This document shows, piece after piece, positions 1 to 13,094 of a DNA stretch of 64,000 bases. Every line of letters starts with the position of its first letter. The first letter of the stretch is position 1. The position numbers were made by a program, and so were the translations under genes. Origin of the DNA: the human T2T-CHM13v2.0 reference genome, Homo sapiens; the NCBI RefSeq assembly GCF_009914755.1, contig NC_060938.1, one strand, 5' to 3'. The notes beneath the pieces are model-generated. The model had not been told where the DNA came from, made no database searches, and saw only the letters and a list, made by a program, of their open reading frames with translations.

Positions 1-263
1 GTGTCCCAGTATTGTTTGTTACTGTATATAGTATCCTAAGGTCTAGTGTGGGTTTGTCACAGCTTTATAACTGGCTTATAGTTACAGTCCCTGTAAATGA
101 ATTGCTTGTTATAAAGAATTTTGATTACATTATTTTTGGTTTATTGTATTTGTATATACATTTCCTTTACAAAATCAGTAAAATACAAAATCAACAAATT
201 ATAGGTACTGGAAAAAATGCTGCTGACTATATGAAAACAATCTCTAGATGGCTGTACATTAAG

Positions 264-410
264 CCAGTGCTTTTCAGACTCTGATTTACATACAGATCAC
301 TTGGGGGATCTTGTGAAAATGCAAGACTGGATTAAGGCCTGAGGTCCTGCATTTCCAACCAGCTCCAGGTCAGTGCTGCTGTTCTATGGGTCACATTTTG
401 AATAGCAAGC
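264..410. mobile_element. MER5-family (hAT-Charlie) non-autonomous DNA transposon relic
   Basis: CAGTG..TTCAGACT start, ATCACTTGGGGGATCTTGTGAAAATGCA and CTGCATTTCCAACCAGCTCCAGGT..CACATTTTGAATAGCA match MER5A/B motifs. Confidence 0.7.
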
Positions 411-764
411 CACTAAAATGTTATCCATAGTTATTGTTGGAAGGTCAAATGGTGGGGAGTTATGCTTTGTACATTTCACCTTTGCGCATTATTTTTTAAA
501 AATATTTTTTACAAGTAACTATATTCAGAGAAAGGATGAAAGATTTTTAAAGTCTTTCACCAGAATTTGCCTTACTTTGACATCTCTCTGCTATGCAGGC
601 TTAGCCTTGAAACACATTTCCAAGAGTGAAGCAAAAGGAAACTCATTTATTGGCCCTAGAAATCCCCCCACTGATACTGTAGATATGAATGTTAAAAAGC
701 AGTGGTGATAGGTATAGAGGGAAGTAGGAAGAAATTCATATTAGCTGGAATTTTTTTAGTGCCA

Positions 765-1215
765 GTATTAGAAATCTAATTGAAATGGGCTTAAGGAGAT
801 AAAGGACATTTTTAAGAAATCTGAGGGAAATGCTTGCTTTCGTCATGGCTGAATGAAGTGTTCAAACGATGTAGTAACGAGATCTGCTTTCTTCTGCAGT
901 GGCTTTATCTTCAGGCAGTTCCTCTTTCCCTAGGGTGGCCACCAGCAGCCCTAGGCTCTGCTTCTATGATTAGAAACCACAGCAGAATGAGAACCTCCCT
1001 TCCCAGCAAAAATTCCAGGGACGACTCCCATTGGCAGGAGCCCGTCTCTGAAATTTTCGCAGTAACTTTGATTGGCTAGACTTGGCCACAGGCCCACTTC
1101 TGAAGAAGTCTGGGGGTGGTGTCAACAACATCCACGACAGCTGAGAGGAAGGGGTGATTCCCCAAAGGAAAATCAAAGTTTTGATACAAAAACAAGATGG
1201 AATAGATGTAAAACT
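765..1215 (-). mobile_element. Old MaLR LTR relic (MLT1K/L-like)
   Basis: GAAATCTAATTGAAATGGGCTTAAG..AAAGG and TTGATTGGCTAGACTTGGCCACAGGCCCACTTCTGAA resemble reverse-strand MLT1J/K/L; highly diverged. Confidence 0.55.
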
Positions 1216-3378
1216 GAGAGATGGTGTTCTGTTATTGTGCCAGTCTTCCAGCCCAATCCTTTCATTTTGCTTATTTGGAAATCAGTTTAAGGGATTTATT
1301 CAAGGTCACATGGGTAGTCAACAGCAGAGCAAGACTTAACAACTTCTGCCCTATTTCTACATCCTCTCTACTGTAGTACTACCACCTTCTTGGAAACTAG
1401 GAATGAATCAAACATGGAGCTTCTATAATGCTTGCCTTATCTTTGAAATGTCTTCTTAAATACTGTATTTCATGATATTGAATTTAAAGGAACTCTAATT
1501 GCACATCTCTCATCTTTGACTCTCCTACATTGACTGCCTGGAGTAAGAAAGCCACATTCTTTCTGTGATAGTAATCCTTGCTACTCCTTTCCTCTTTGGG
1601 GAAACAAGTCAAAGCTTGACAAAGTGTAGCTGCTGATCTATTTGAACGAAGTTCGATCCCTAACCAGTGATCCCATGAATGAGGTGGATGCCCTATGGAT
1701 GGAGAAGCTCACACCGGCCTCTGCTTTTTTTGTGGTATATTTTATCCCGAGAGCTTGATTAATAATCTAGACTGGGTCCTCCCTTTGGGTGGGTATGTTG
1801 CCCTCCCAATTTTCCCAGGCACAGCAATATCTCTGCAGACAGGTACGGGCATGCATCAGAAATCTGGAGGCTCGCCCAAAAAGTTATGTCTGCTGTTTGT
1901 GAAGGGGCAATGTAGCAATTATATGAGTAATGCAGTGGCAGATCTTCTATGAGAAATTAAAACTGGAGAAAGAGGGCTTTCCTCCTTGAAGGAAGGGTGT
2001 TGGGTGAACTAACACTATTTTCTCCTGCCCTTTCCCCCAATCTCAATCCCTTTCTCTCCAAACATTCTTCCTTGAGCACCCCACTCTGGCACTCAAAAAG
2101 CCATGGGAATGGGAAAGAAGTGGCTGGAAGTAAACAGCCTGCTTACTCACAGCAACTGAAAATTTTGTTTCGACGATTCTGGTTCCAGGGGCAGGAGCTG
2201 AAGATTAATGCCTGGAGTCTGCCCCATTCTGAGAGCAGCAGCCTGGCTCCTGGTGGCTCCAGCAGCAGGTAGGAAAAAAATGTTTGTTCTTACCCTTTTT
2301 TATGAAATATAATCTGAAGACAAATTTAATGTTAAATTCCTGTACAATGGGCACAGTAGAATCATCGAAGGGTTTAAATAATTTGATTTGTCTGCAAACC
2401 AGCCCAAACTGCTGAGGGAGTTGGTTCTGCTGCTGAAGTTGATCTGTCTCATGATTTATTCTTTAGGGAAGGGGGTACCTTGGGTTGTCCAATGTAACAG
2501 CCACTGCTGTCAGGGCTAGGAAGAAACTCACATCTTCATGACTTGACAGTGCCTGTGCTTTCTGTACTTTTGCTTACAGTGTGTGTGTTTATGTACGTGT
2601 CCTGTACTCTAGACACACACTTGCCTTGGTAAGAACACTCTCAAAAACACAGATGATAACCTGACCAGAAGACCGGTCCCTTTGATGCACCGTTTTATTC
2701 TAAATGTTTCAAGAGCCCAACAATGACTTCTTGTAAGACACCATCATAAGTTTTTAAAAAGGAAGTTATTAAGAGTCTGGGAAACATTAAGTAGGTGTCG
2801 GTTACATTAGTATCAGTTACATGCTTACCCTCTGGGTTGGAAAAGGAGACATTTACATATTTGGGGTTCCTGCACTTCTTTTATGAGGGGTATAACTTAG
2901 CAAAACTAGACAAGAAACTGTACAATGAATACAATGAGCTGTTACAGAGTTTGTCATAACCAGATCCCAAGTGTTGTAAAAGTAAAATATGATGCATGTG
3001 TGATAGAAGGAAGTGATAAAGGGAATATGGAGAAGAACAAAGTGGAGTTTTATGAGAATTTCTAGGTCTACTTTTAAAAAACAGACTAAGTTTGTGAGTC
3101 AGTAACTAGGCAATCAGTTCTCAGAGAAGCTACTTATGAACTGTGTCATCACATTACTTTTAAGATGACCAAATATTGAGGCTATCTGTTGTTTGCCATT
3201 GTGAGTGTGTGCTTGTGTTTCTGCATGTGTATTTATGACAGAGAGAGAGAGACAGAATATGAGGGAGGGAGAGAGGAGAAACTCTCATATATTGGCTTAC
3301 AGACAAATGCTGGGTCATTTAAAAATGCATCTCTGTAACCACTTGTTCTGGAAACATTAATCACCACCTTCTGTGTTT

Positions 3379-3482
3379 TGGGCACCGTGCTGGGTCCTGG
3401 CTGTATACGTGTGTATAGTGTGTGGGGCACAGTGCTAGGTCCTGGACGATATATGTGTGTATTTTGTGTGTGTGTGTGTGTG
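3379..3482. repeat. 45-bp imperfect tandem duplication running into a (TG)n tract
   Basis: GGCACCGTGCTGGGTCCTGG at 3381 and GGCACAGTGCTAGGTCCTGG at 3426; (TG)n to ~3482. Confidence 0.8.
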
Positions 3483-4355
3483 TATAAAATGCGAAATTTC
3501 TTCTTTAGTAACCTTTACCTACCTCTTATTCGTGTTGCCAACAAAAAGACAACCGCAGAGTTTTAGTGCAGTTACCGTAGCAGAATTCTTAAGGTGGCCC
3601 AGTTACCGAAACTGCTTGTGTACTGACCTACTATAAAAATATGTATTGTCTATATATACTTGGGAATGACACCCTGTTGAAAATAAATACTGTGTTCCTC
3701 TCAGTACTGGGCTCAAGCTTCCTTAAAATCCAGTTCTCCAAGGCCAAGAATAGTGAGAGCACTGCTATGAGATTTGGACCCTGTTTGTGATCCCTGAGTT
3801 CCCTGGGCAAGGGCCCTGGTTCTTGACTAAGGGCAGGCTCTAAGGCAGGGACCAAATACCTTCTCTGCCCTGCCCTCTCCCCAAAACCCTGGGAATGAAG
3901 TTGAATGGGGAGTGGGGTGGGTGGAGCCCCTTCCCCTTTGGAAGACTCTTCCCTGGGTGTCTCCAAGGGAAGCTTCTTTTCTCTTTTGCATCGTTCTGAA
4001 TGCCCTAGGCCCTCAACAAACATTCTTGAACTTCCTTGCATGTTAGCATGGGGCCCTCACCTGCCCTAAGAGGCTAACTCCTTAGCTGGACTGAGGCAGG
4101 CCCACAGGCAAGGTTGATAGATGTAAAGGTCACCTCAGTACCAGCACATGCGCTTCCTTTTCACTGCTTCCTTACAGCTGCTTCTTCTCTTGGTTGCTAT
4201 AAATAACATCCTTCCCCACTCTGGAAAATGTCTGAGTTTTTCATTGATGGTTCCCCAGCTCCTCACATCTCCTAGTTCTGGTGAAATATGCTGCCATGGG
4301 GGAAATGACAAAGCAGAGGAAGAAATCAGCAGCAATATCAGTAACAGCACCCAGA

Positions 4356-4580
4356 ATTTGCTGAGCGCCAGCTATGTGCCAGGTACTGTGCCAAAGGCTT
4401 TATATACCTGATCTAATTTATTCTTTACAACAACCCTATGAAGTAAGGACTACTGGTATCCCCATTTCATAGAAACAAACAAACAAAACAAAACAAAAAA
4501 ATTTAAAAAATGAAACCAAAATGGACGCTTAGCCTTTTCTCTGCTGCTGGGGGATTCAAATCTAAGTGCCCGACTCCAAA
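4356..4580 (-). mobile_element. MIR SINE
   Basis: TTGCTGAGCGCCAGCTATGTGCCAGGTACTGTG..ACAACAACCCTATGAAGTAAG..ATCCCCATTTCATAGA is the reverse-complement MIR core. Confidence 0.8.
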
Positions 4581-5549
4581 GCATTCGACCACAGCCTGTG
4601 ATGACAGTGAAAATCAAATTGATCTTGAAAGTTGGCCAGGAGAAGACAGTACAGCTCTGTGAGGCGGACACTTAGGCAGAATCCCTTCTGGCCCTCTTAG
4701 CTCCCCTGTTCTTCCATGGAGGCTCTGGAAAGGTCTGCTGGAAACCACCAGGGAGACCAAAGGACTTCCTCTGCTGCCTGTGAGTTGTCTCTCCAAGTGT
4801 CCTGTCGTGCCTCCCTTTGAGGTCTGGCAGCTGACATTTATCTTGGTCTTTGTTTACAAACAAGGGCTGTGCATCTTGTTCTTTCCTTGCTGTTCAGGGC
4901 TGACTCTAACTCTGCAGGAACATATGTTTGACTTCCACTATGCTGCTGTTTCCGGAGACAGAGTCCTGCTTTAAGAGGAGTCAGGAAGTGTCCACACTTG
5001 TTCTTTTCCTTTCCTTGAGTTTCAGCTAATATATTCCCCAGAACCTACCTAGAACCAAGAGTTCTCCTCTTGGGATGGACTCCTAGTACCTGTTTGAAAC
5101 TACTCTCAGGTAGAGTTTGGGAAATCTCTAACCTGTTTGCCTGTGGTCCTACAATTAACCAGTCTTGTGATAGCTCATTCCCAAGCTGTCACAACTGTCA
5201 CAACTCTAACCTGTTCCTGTGTGTATCTATAGGCAAATCTTCTGTAATGTGGATCTTGTCTCACAAGACTAGGGATGCCAGAGGAGGGCCAAGGTCAGCC
5301 TCCTTAGCACCGAGACCATTGGATGACTCTGGTTAACTTGAGCAGCATACCGAGACCTATCCCCTTAAACGTCTTAGAAACTATTTTTATTGTATAACTT
5401 GGTAATGAATCAGTCAAGTATCACCTTCTTTGATGTTTGGTCTTAAGTTGCTTATTTTCATTTTCAAAGAGTTTCTCTCATTTTGAATTTTTAAAAAAAG
5501 AGAATAAAAGAATTGCAGATTTGAAACAACAGAAAGGAAGAAGACTAAT

Positions 5550-5905
5550 ATTAATTGAACAGGTAGTGTGTACCCAGTGTTTTACTATCCTCTTTACATG
5601 TGATACACCATTTAATCATGACAGAACCTGGCAAAGTAGAAAGACCCATTTTACAGTTGAAGACATTAAGGTTTAGTAAAAGTTCAGTACTAGGTGTGAT
5701 GGAGGCGGCATGTAAATGGGGGTTGTAATTTGAAGCTCAAGTTGTTTCCCTTATTCCATGCTGCGTCCACCATGGCGCCTGGATTACAAACTCCTTCCCA
5801 GTGGACAGGGTGTGCTCAGATGGTTCATCTCATTTAATCTTCACAATCCTGGGATATAGGTACATGACACTGATTCAGCAGATGGGGAAACTGAGACTCA
5901 GAAGA
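5550..5905 (-). mobile_element. Two MIR fragments
   Basis: CCCATTTTACAGTTGAAGACATTAAGG (~5645) and CATTTAATCTTCACAATCC..CAGATGGGGAAACTGAGACTCAGA (~5830-5902). Confidence 0.65.
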
Positions 5906-6147
5906 TGCTGCTGGGTTTATTTAAAACCACTTCCTATTATGGCTTTAAAAAGTTTCCTCCTCATCTCAAAGACAGCTGACTTCCTGGGAAAATGGTGTTT
6001 ACATGAAAAAATTTAATCTCCCAGATCCTAATCAACAATCATCTATTTGTATCACTTTAGATTTTTCAAAACCTTGATCTTAGCAATATGTGTTTACTAC
6101 TTTGTTCTACTTCATTTCTAACACAATTTTATTTCATAGACACAGGC

Positions 6148-6511
6148 TGATATGGTTTGGCTGTGTCCCCACCCAAATCTTGAATTGTAGCTCCCATAAT
6201 TCCCATAATACATGTCGTAGGAGGGACTCAGTGGGAGGTAATTGAATCATGAGGGTGGGTATTTCCTGTGCCGTTCTTGTGATAGTGAATAAGTCTCACG
6301 AGATCTGATGGTTTTATAAAGGGGAGTTCCCCTGCACATGCTCTCTCTCTTCCCTGCTGCCATGTCAGATGTGATTTTGCTCTTCCTTTGCCTTCCACCA
6401 TGATTGTGAGGCATCCCCAGCCCTGTGGAACTGTGAGTCAATTAAACCTGTTTCCTTTATAAATTACCCAGTCTCAGCTGTGTCTTTATTAGCAGTGTGA
6501 GAACTAATACA
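6148..6511 (+). mobile_element. THE1 (THE1C/D-like) MaLR solo LTR
   Basis: Starts TGATATGGTTTGGCTGTGTCCCCACCCAAATCT, has GTCTCACGAGATCTGATGGTTTTATAA and ATTAAACC, ends GAACTAATACA; full 364 bp with TG..CA termini. Confidence 0.95.
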
Positions 6512-6665
6512 CGAGGAAATGTCAATGAAATGACATACTTGTCATTTACTATATGAATATAGTTTTCTATCATATTACTCAGGCCAATTCCTTATTATTG
6601 AGCATTTGAGATGGTCCAATGAATGCAACTTTTTAACTTTTTCCTTTGGGTTTTTCTTTCAGACG

Positions 6666-8270
6666 TGTCAGTCTGTTCAGGCTGCTATAATAAAATATCA
6701 TAAATTTGCATGGCTTATGAACAATAGAAATTTATTTCTCACAGTTCTAAAGGCTGGAAAGTCCAAGAACAAGGTGCCAGCTGATATGGTGTCTGGTGAG
6801 GGTCTGCTTCCTGATAGATAACCATTGTCTTACTCTAACTGGTGGAAGGTGCTAGCTAGTGGGGGTTCTTTTTAAATAAGGGCACTAATCCCAATTATGT
6901 GGATTCATAAGGATTTCAACCTATGAATTCTTGGGGTACACAAACATGCAGACAATATCATTCTGTCCCAGTCCCCCAAAATTCATGTTCTTCTTTCATG
7001 CAAAATACATTCATTGCATCCCAATAGCGCCAAGAGTCTTAACTTATTTCAGCATCAACTCAAAAGTCTAGAGTCCAAGGTCTCATCTAAATAGCCTCTA
7101 AATTAGATATGGATGAGATTTAAGATATGATTCATTCTGAGGCAAATTGCTCTCTAGCTATGAATCTATGAAACCAAACATGTTATATGCTTCTATGATA
7201 CAGTGGTAGGATAGGCTTAGAATGGACATTCCCAATCCAAAAAGGAAAAATAGGGAAGAAGAAAGGAGTAACTGGTTCTGAGCAAGTCCAAAACCTTAAA
7301 ACTCAAAAACAATCTTTGGCTTGATGCTGTGCCCTCCAGGCACACTGGGGCAGAGACTCTGCCTTCTGGATCCACTGGAGTGGCAGTTCTACCCTCACAG
7401 ATTTGTCGGGCAAAGCCCATGCCACAGCTGTCATGGTTCGGAGTTGTGTGCTTGTGGTTCTTTGGGGCTGAAATGCACACCTGTGGCAACATCTATCTAG
7501 GGTCATGGGGGCAGCCTCACCCCCATGGCTGCACTCCGCATTGATTTTGGTGCCCTAATGGTAGTCTATGATAACCCTGTGCTTGATGGGGCTTTTGCAC
7601 TCTGGGCCCATGATGAAGGTGACAGCCGTAATATTTTCTGAATTTCCTTCAGAGCCATTCTTCCATTGTCTTGGACAATAGGTCCTGGTTTCTGTTTAGA
7701 TAGTTGACTAATTTCCTTGTCAACTATCGTTGTCATTTGGCCACACTCTTGATGTTTTCTCCCAAATATACGTTCTCATTCTTTACAATATGGATAAGCT
7801 GAGAATTTTCTAAATCTTTCAGCTCTGCTTCCATCTGGATTAACAATTTCATCTTTACGTCATTTCTCTCTTCTCACATTTTAGTATAGTCAGCCAGGAG
7901 AAGCCAAACCATACCTTCAACACTTGACTTAGAATTTTCCTCAGCCAAATATCCAATTTCACTGCTCACAAGTTTTTCCTTCCACAAAACACTAAGACAA
8001 AGACACAATTCAACTAAGGTATTTGCCACTTTGTGACAAGGATCACCTTTCTTCCATTGTTTAATAACATGTTTCTTGTTTCCCTCTGAGATCTCATCAG
8101 AATGGCCTTCATATCCATATTTCACCAATATTCTGTTCACAACAACCACTTATATATTCTCTAAGAATATTAAGGCATTCTCTACAGCTCTTCTCTTTTC
8201 TTTCCGAGTCCTCACCAGAATCACTTTTAAGGGTCTATCTTAGGAGGACACAAAAGTTCAGACCATAGCA
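6666..8270 (-). mobile_element. MLT1A/MSTD-like MaLR: 3' LTR (~6666-6960), internal region (~6960-8240) and ~30 bp remnant of 5' LTR
   Basis: LTR motif CAGGCTGCTATAATAAAATATCATAAA..ATTTATTTCTCACAGTTCT..GGCTGGAAAGTCCAAGA; internal CATGCAAAATACATTCATT..; ends GGAGGACACAAAAGTTCAGACCATAGCA. Confidence 0.85.
7874..8149 (-). pseudogene. Decayed MaLR internal ORF fragment
   Basis: Translation SDEISEGNKKHVIKQWKKGDPCHKVA..LVELC..LWK..GYLAEENSK resembles the MaLR/THE1-int ORF (..GNWSKGDSCY..GYLAEEISKQ..); lies inside the MaLR internal region. Confidence 0.75.
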
Positions 8271-8761
8271 GGGGAGTATGGCCTCCAAAGAAGAAATCAC
8301 TGAGTCAAATAGAATGACAAATTTTATAGCTCTTCTGGCAAATTGCCAGATTGATTTCCTCAGAAACCAGCAACAAATACAAGCATTGTCTCCCGACAGT
8401 CCTAGGCTGCCCTGTTCTTTATTAAGTTGAATTCATTTATAGTTCTCCTCTCCAAAAGCTTTGGGGGCATTGATATTAGAGTGTCTTTCTCCCTATCACT
8501 GAGCCTTCTAACTGAGGACTGACACTGAGCCAGCTAACAGCAGCAATTCCTCCAGTGAGGGTAAGAAGACGTTAAATGCCATGTTCCGTGGCCTAAAGGA
8601 ATTGGAGAGGTAGAGGAAATGCATGGGACAAATTGAGAAGGAAAGAAAACTAGGTGAAGAAGCCATGATAAACAGAGGTGTAATGGATGATATGGGAAAA
8701 TTAATCCCTTGGGGTTCTTGAAATAAAGACCAAGATGTGAACTATATTTATTTATTGGTTT

Positions 8762-9030
8762 AGGTGGTCACCAGTCTCCAAGATAGCCCCTAATGATGAT
8801 ATTAGTACCCTGTGTTGTCCCTACCCACATTCTATAAGCATTGGTCTGTGTGGCTGGAATACAAGAGAAGTGATGATATGTTACTTCTGTATTAGAATGT
8901 GGAAGATGTAGCAGCTTCCATCTTGGCCACTCATTCCTCTCTCACACTCTTGGATCACTCACTCTGAGGAATCCAGCTGCAAGTTGAAAGCAGCACTGTG
9001 GAGAGGCCCACGTCATGAAGAGCATGGTGG
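8762..9030 (+). mobile_element. MLT1F/G-like LTR fragment
   Basis: TCTCCAAGATAGCCCCTAATGAT..; GCAGCTTCCATCTTGG..GGATCACTCACTCTGAGGAATCCAGCTGC..GTGGAGAGGCCCACG. Confidence 0.6.
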
Positions 9031-9125
9031 TGACAGTGTTCCAACTGCAGCAGAATCCCAAACCACACCTTCACAAGAAAACCTGCACCATCTGCTCAAC
9101 TAGCTCCTTGTTAAACTGAATAGAC

Positions 9126-11698
9126 TGTATCAGTTATCTATTGCTGTGGAACGAAGCACCCCAAAATATAGTGGCTGAAAACAACAATGATTTCTTGTTT
9201 CTCACACTTCTTTGGATTAGTTAAGTAGCTCTCATGCTGTCTTCTTCCTAGACTTACTCGTGTGACTACAGTTAGCTACAGATTTAAAAGGGCGTCACTC
9301 CCATGTCTGGGGCCTCAGATAGAGATGGTTGGAATAGCTGGGACTCTAACTTCTGTGATTTTCTTATAGGCTTTAGGACAGTGCAATGTTCTCAGGGTAC
9401 CAAGAGGATAACAGTAAAAGCTGCGAAGCCTCTTCAGATCTGGGCTTGGAAGTTGCACAGCATTACTTCTGCCACATTCTATTGGGTAAAACAAGTAAAA
9501 AAGGTTAGCTTAGATTAAGAGATGTGGGAATAAACTCTACCTCTTAATGAGAAGATTTGCAAATAATTTTTGGTCACTTATAATCCACAGGTCTACCATC
9601 TGGAAATAATTATTTGCATTCTTCCCATATGCAAAATACACTCATCCCTCCAAGACACTTAAAGTCTCATCTTTATGTGTGTCTTAATGATTGTGTCTGG
9701 TTTGAAGTCCATGATTTTTTGATCTGCCATCCGGTCCAGACATAAAATTTCTCACATGTAATTTCTCTTCATCCAGAAATGAGATTTGCCTTCCAACATA
9801 GCATATCCTGCCCCCTGTTCATTTCCTCTAAATTATACTTACAAGTTAAACCATACACCCACCATACAATGTTGAAACAGGGACATGGTAACCTTAATAT
9901 CCTCATTCAAAAAGGAGGGTAATGGAGGCAATAGCAGTAATTGGTCCATAGTAATTCTGACATATGTATCTGGGCACATATTTTCAGATTCCTCCACTCA
10001 AGCAGGCAGAATTCCTTGATTAGAATCTGGCTCTACTCCTGACTCAACGCTCTGGGTTCTTGATTCCATCTTCTGAAATAACTTTTTTTTTTTTTTTTTT
10101 AAGAAACAACCTATGTTTTCAGCCAAGTATCTCTCTCAGCCTGTTGCTTGCTTGTAGAAAGTTGGGAGCCCAGAGGTCTCTTATCATCTAAACTGTTATT
10201 TATATAAAACTGTTCTTCAATCTGATACAACTCCTTTAAAAACTTTATCGGTTTTCCATGTATCATATTATTATTCCCTCTATTAGACAAAATCTATACC
10301 CATAATTCTTTCTGGGACAGGCCTCTCTCTACTAATGCTCTCTCCACACTAATGTTACAATAGAAATATAATGCAAGCCACATGTGTGAGTCATATATAT
10401 GTTTTTTTGAAATCCTAATAGCCACATATTTTAAAAGAGTAAGAAGAAACAGATGAAATTGTAATATATTATTAGATGCAGTGTATCTAAAACATTATCA
10501 TTTCAACATGTAATCTGTATAAAAATTATTGAGATATTTTAAACTTTTCCATACTACATGTTTGAAACCCAGCATGTATTTTACACTTACAAAACATCTC
10601 AATTTGGACTAGCCATATTTCAAGTGCCCAGTAGCTACACATCACTAGTGGTTACCATCCTGGGCAGCCCAGCTCTATATTACCCAGAGATATTTTGGGA
10701 TGAGGCTTCTACGAATCTTAGAAGCCCTTTCATCCAGTTGAGAGTCTACTCAGAACTTCCTAAAGTCCTTTAGAGGCCTTAATACAGGATTTCATAGCCA
10801 CACTCTAGATTAATCTTTACCCTGAAACCATTTTTTACTTTGAGAATCCTTTGCCAGCTGGAGAAAATGGAAATGAGGAACAGTCTTACATTCTAATCCA
10901 GCAAGTCCTGGGACCTGCTCATTTCCTCTATGTTGTGCTTGCAAACTAAATGATTCCTTCTTTAATTCATCCGTCTTTCTTCTATACCTTATCAGGCAGT
11001 GTTAAAAATAAAAACAAAAAACTATTTTAGCATTTTGTGTAGAAATAGCATTAGCCAGACCCATAAGCGTATCAGGTACAGTTTTTGCTTTACAAGTTAC
11101 CACAGGAAATTATTTTGCTGATTGTTTCAAAAATATGGGTTTCCCTTTTTCCAGACTCCAGAAATAATTTCCTCTCTGCTCTTTCAGCCTCTGCCCACCA
11201 TGTGGTCCCAAAGCCAATGCCACATATTTTAATTTTTGTTTTGTGGCAGCACTCCACTCACCAATTTTTGTTTTCATTGCAGAGTAACAAGTGATTCCGA
11301 CGCTTAGTGACTTAAAACAATAATTTGTTATTTCTCATGATTCCATGGGTTGCCTGTCTAGCTTAATTGCTACTGGTATTACCTGGGCTTATGCACGTGG
11401 CTGCCTTCAGCTGGAAGATCAACAGGGGCCTGGGCTTAGCTGGGACAGCTGGGCCTCTCTCTGTCCATCTGCTCTTTCATCCTTCAGGAGGCTAGACTTT
11501 CTCATGTGGTGGTGGCAGTGTTCTGAGAGTACAGTACAAGCTTCAACAGGCAAGCATTTATCGAGCTTCTAACCATGATCACATCTACTCATTCCATCCA
11601 CGTGACGAAACCCGGCATCGCATGGGAGGAAACTACACAAGGGCATGGATCCTGGGAGGCATGATGAGTTGGGGAATAATTAATGTAAAATCTACCAC
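9126..11698 (-). mobile_element. Two-LTR ancient MaLR element (MLT1H/I-like): 3' LTR ~9126-9590, internal ~9590-11265, 5' LTR ~11268-11698
   Basis: Both LTR copies share ATTGC..AAC....CC..A..TAGTG.CT.AAA.CAA.AAT..TT.TT.TCTCA; internal CATATGCAAAATACACTCA; GGCAGCACTCCACTCACCAATTT next to the right LTR matches the MaLR LTR/internal junction. Confidence 0.75.
10345..10676. mobile_element. MER33 (hAT-Charlie) inserted in the MLT1 internal region
   Basis: AATAGAAATATAATGCAAGCCACAT..ACATTATCATTTCAACATGTAATC..CATCTCAATTTGGACTAGCCATATTTCAAGTGC..AGTGGTTACCAT. Confidence 0.85.
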
Positions 11699-12269
11699 TA
11701 GATCTCATAGGTATTTTATGTATTACATAAGATATTTGTATCTAAAGCACTTTTTAGCACAGTCCTACTGCACTGCAATTTGCCCAAGGTCCCACAAAGA
11801 GTGACTGAATTTGGTTCCAATGTTGCTTTTACTTCACATTTGGAAAGATTCCACCCATGCTTGCTCAATCTAACAAGAAACAGAGTTGAGCAGATGGGAC
11901 AGGTTTCCTGGCAGAGGTGTGACTTGGAATTCCACTGCAGTTTTCAATACAGTTACTTCTCACACAGAGAGACCTCACAGGATCCCTTGCAATAGATAAC
12001 GTTCAATAAACACATGTTTCTTGATGCTCCTTTTGTTCCAGAGAGGAACCTTGCCCTCCTTTAGCGGAGATGTTGACTCTCAGCAACGACAGCTGAGCCT
12101 GTAGTTTTTCTCTGTTCACAGTTGTCACCTGGCCTTTCATTAATATACAAGAGAAAGCAGAGAAAGAGTAATTGAGGTATGAATGGCCCAATTTTCTTTT
12201 CTATATTTCATGCTAAAACTTCTGTGGTTTTGATAGATTTCCAATTTAAAGGAAATTGGCTAACACTTA

Positions 12270-12480
12270 TTCAGAACTTTTGTGTTAAGTGTGAGACATT
12301 GTATAAAAGCTTCAACTACATTAACTTATTTAATCCTTAAAGCAGTCTGTTTTACAGATGAGGAAATAAAGCACAGAGAAACTAGGTAACAGCCCAAGGT
12401 CACACAGCAAATAAGACGTGGAGTAGGGGCCTGACCCCAGGCAGCCCAGCTCCGAGGTCCATGTTTCTAATCACTGTCCC
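12270..12480 (-). mobile_element. MIR SINE
   Basis: TTTTACAGATGAGGAAATAAAGCACAGAGAAACTAGGTAACAGCCCAAGGTCACACAGC. Confidence 0.8.
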
Positions 12481-13094
12481 ACAGCTGTCTACATACAGGG
12501 AAAGCAAAGAGACCATGAAATCAGAGAAAAGCAAAGTGTGGAGTATAGCAGAAATCAGAGCAACAGTCTGATGCTGCATATATTCTTTTCAGGTATTCGG
12601 TCCTTGGGTGATCTGTATAAACTCTTTTAGGACTCTAATTTCTTTTGGTCACTTGGTTTCCCAATTCGGCACATGGGTTGGGAGGTATTTTTTTTTCTTA
12701 ATTTGTCTCATTTGATTCTTATGTCTGAACTGAGCTTGTTAAATTGAAAATATTCTCATGAGTTATGGAAATAATGGCTTGGTGGCCCTGAACCCTGGCT
12801 AGAGAGGGTGCCATGTCTTGGAAGACCTCAGCAGGGCTCCTGCTAACGTGGTGGAGAACACATAGTTTAGCTCCTGCTACATCAAGACTTACGATTTTGC
12901 GAAGGTGCCAAGTTTGCATGCAGGGTGACAAAAAGAAGCAGCTCACATTCACAATTAAGTCTTTTAAAATCTGCCCAAATGTTGCCGGAGCTGCATTTTA
13001 AAGCGTTTTGGCAGTTACATATTTTGGGAGATGATGGGGGAAATGTTAGAGATGTAAACGAATGTGGAAGTAGTGTAAAGATAGTGTGTATGTA

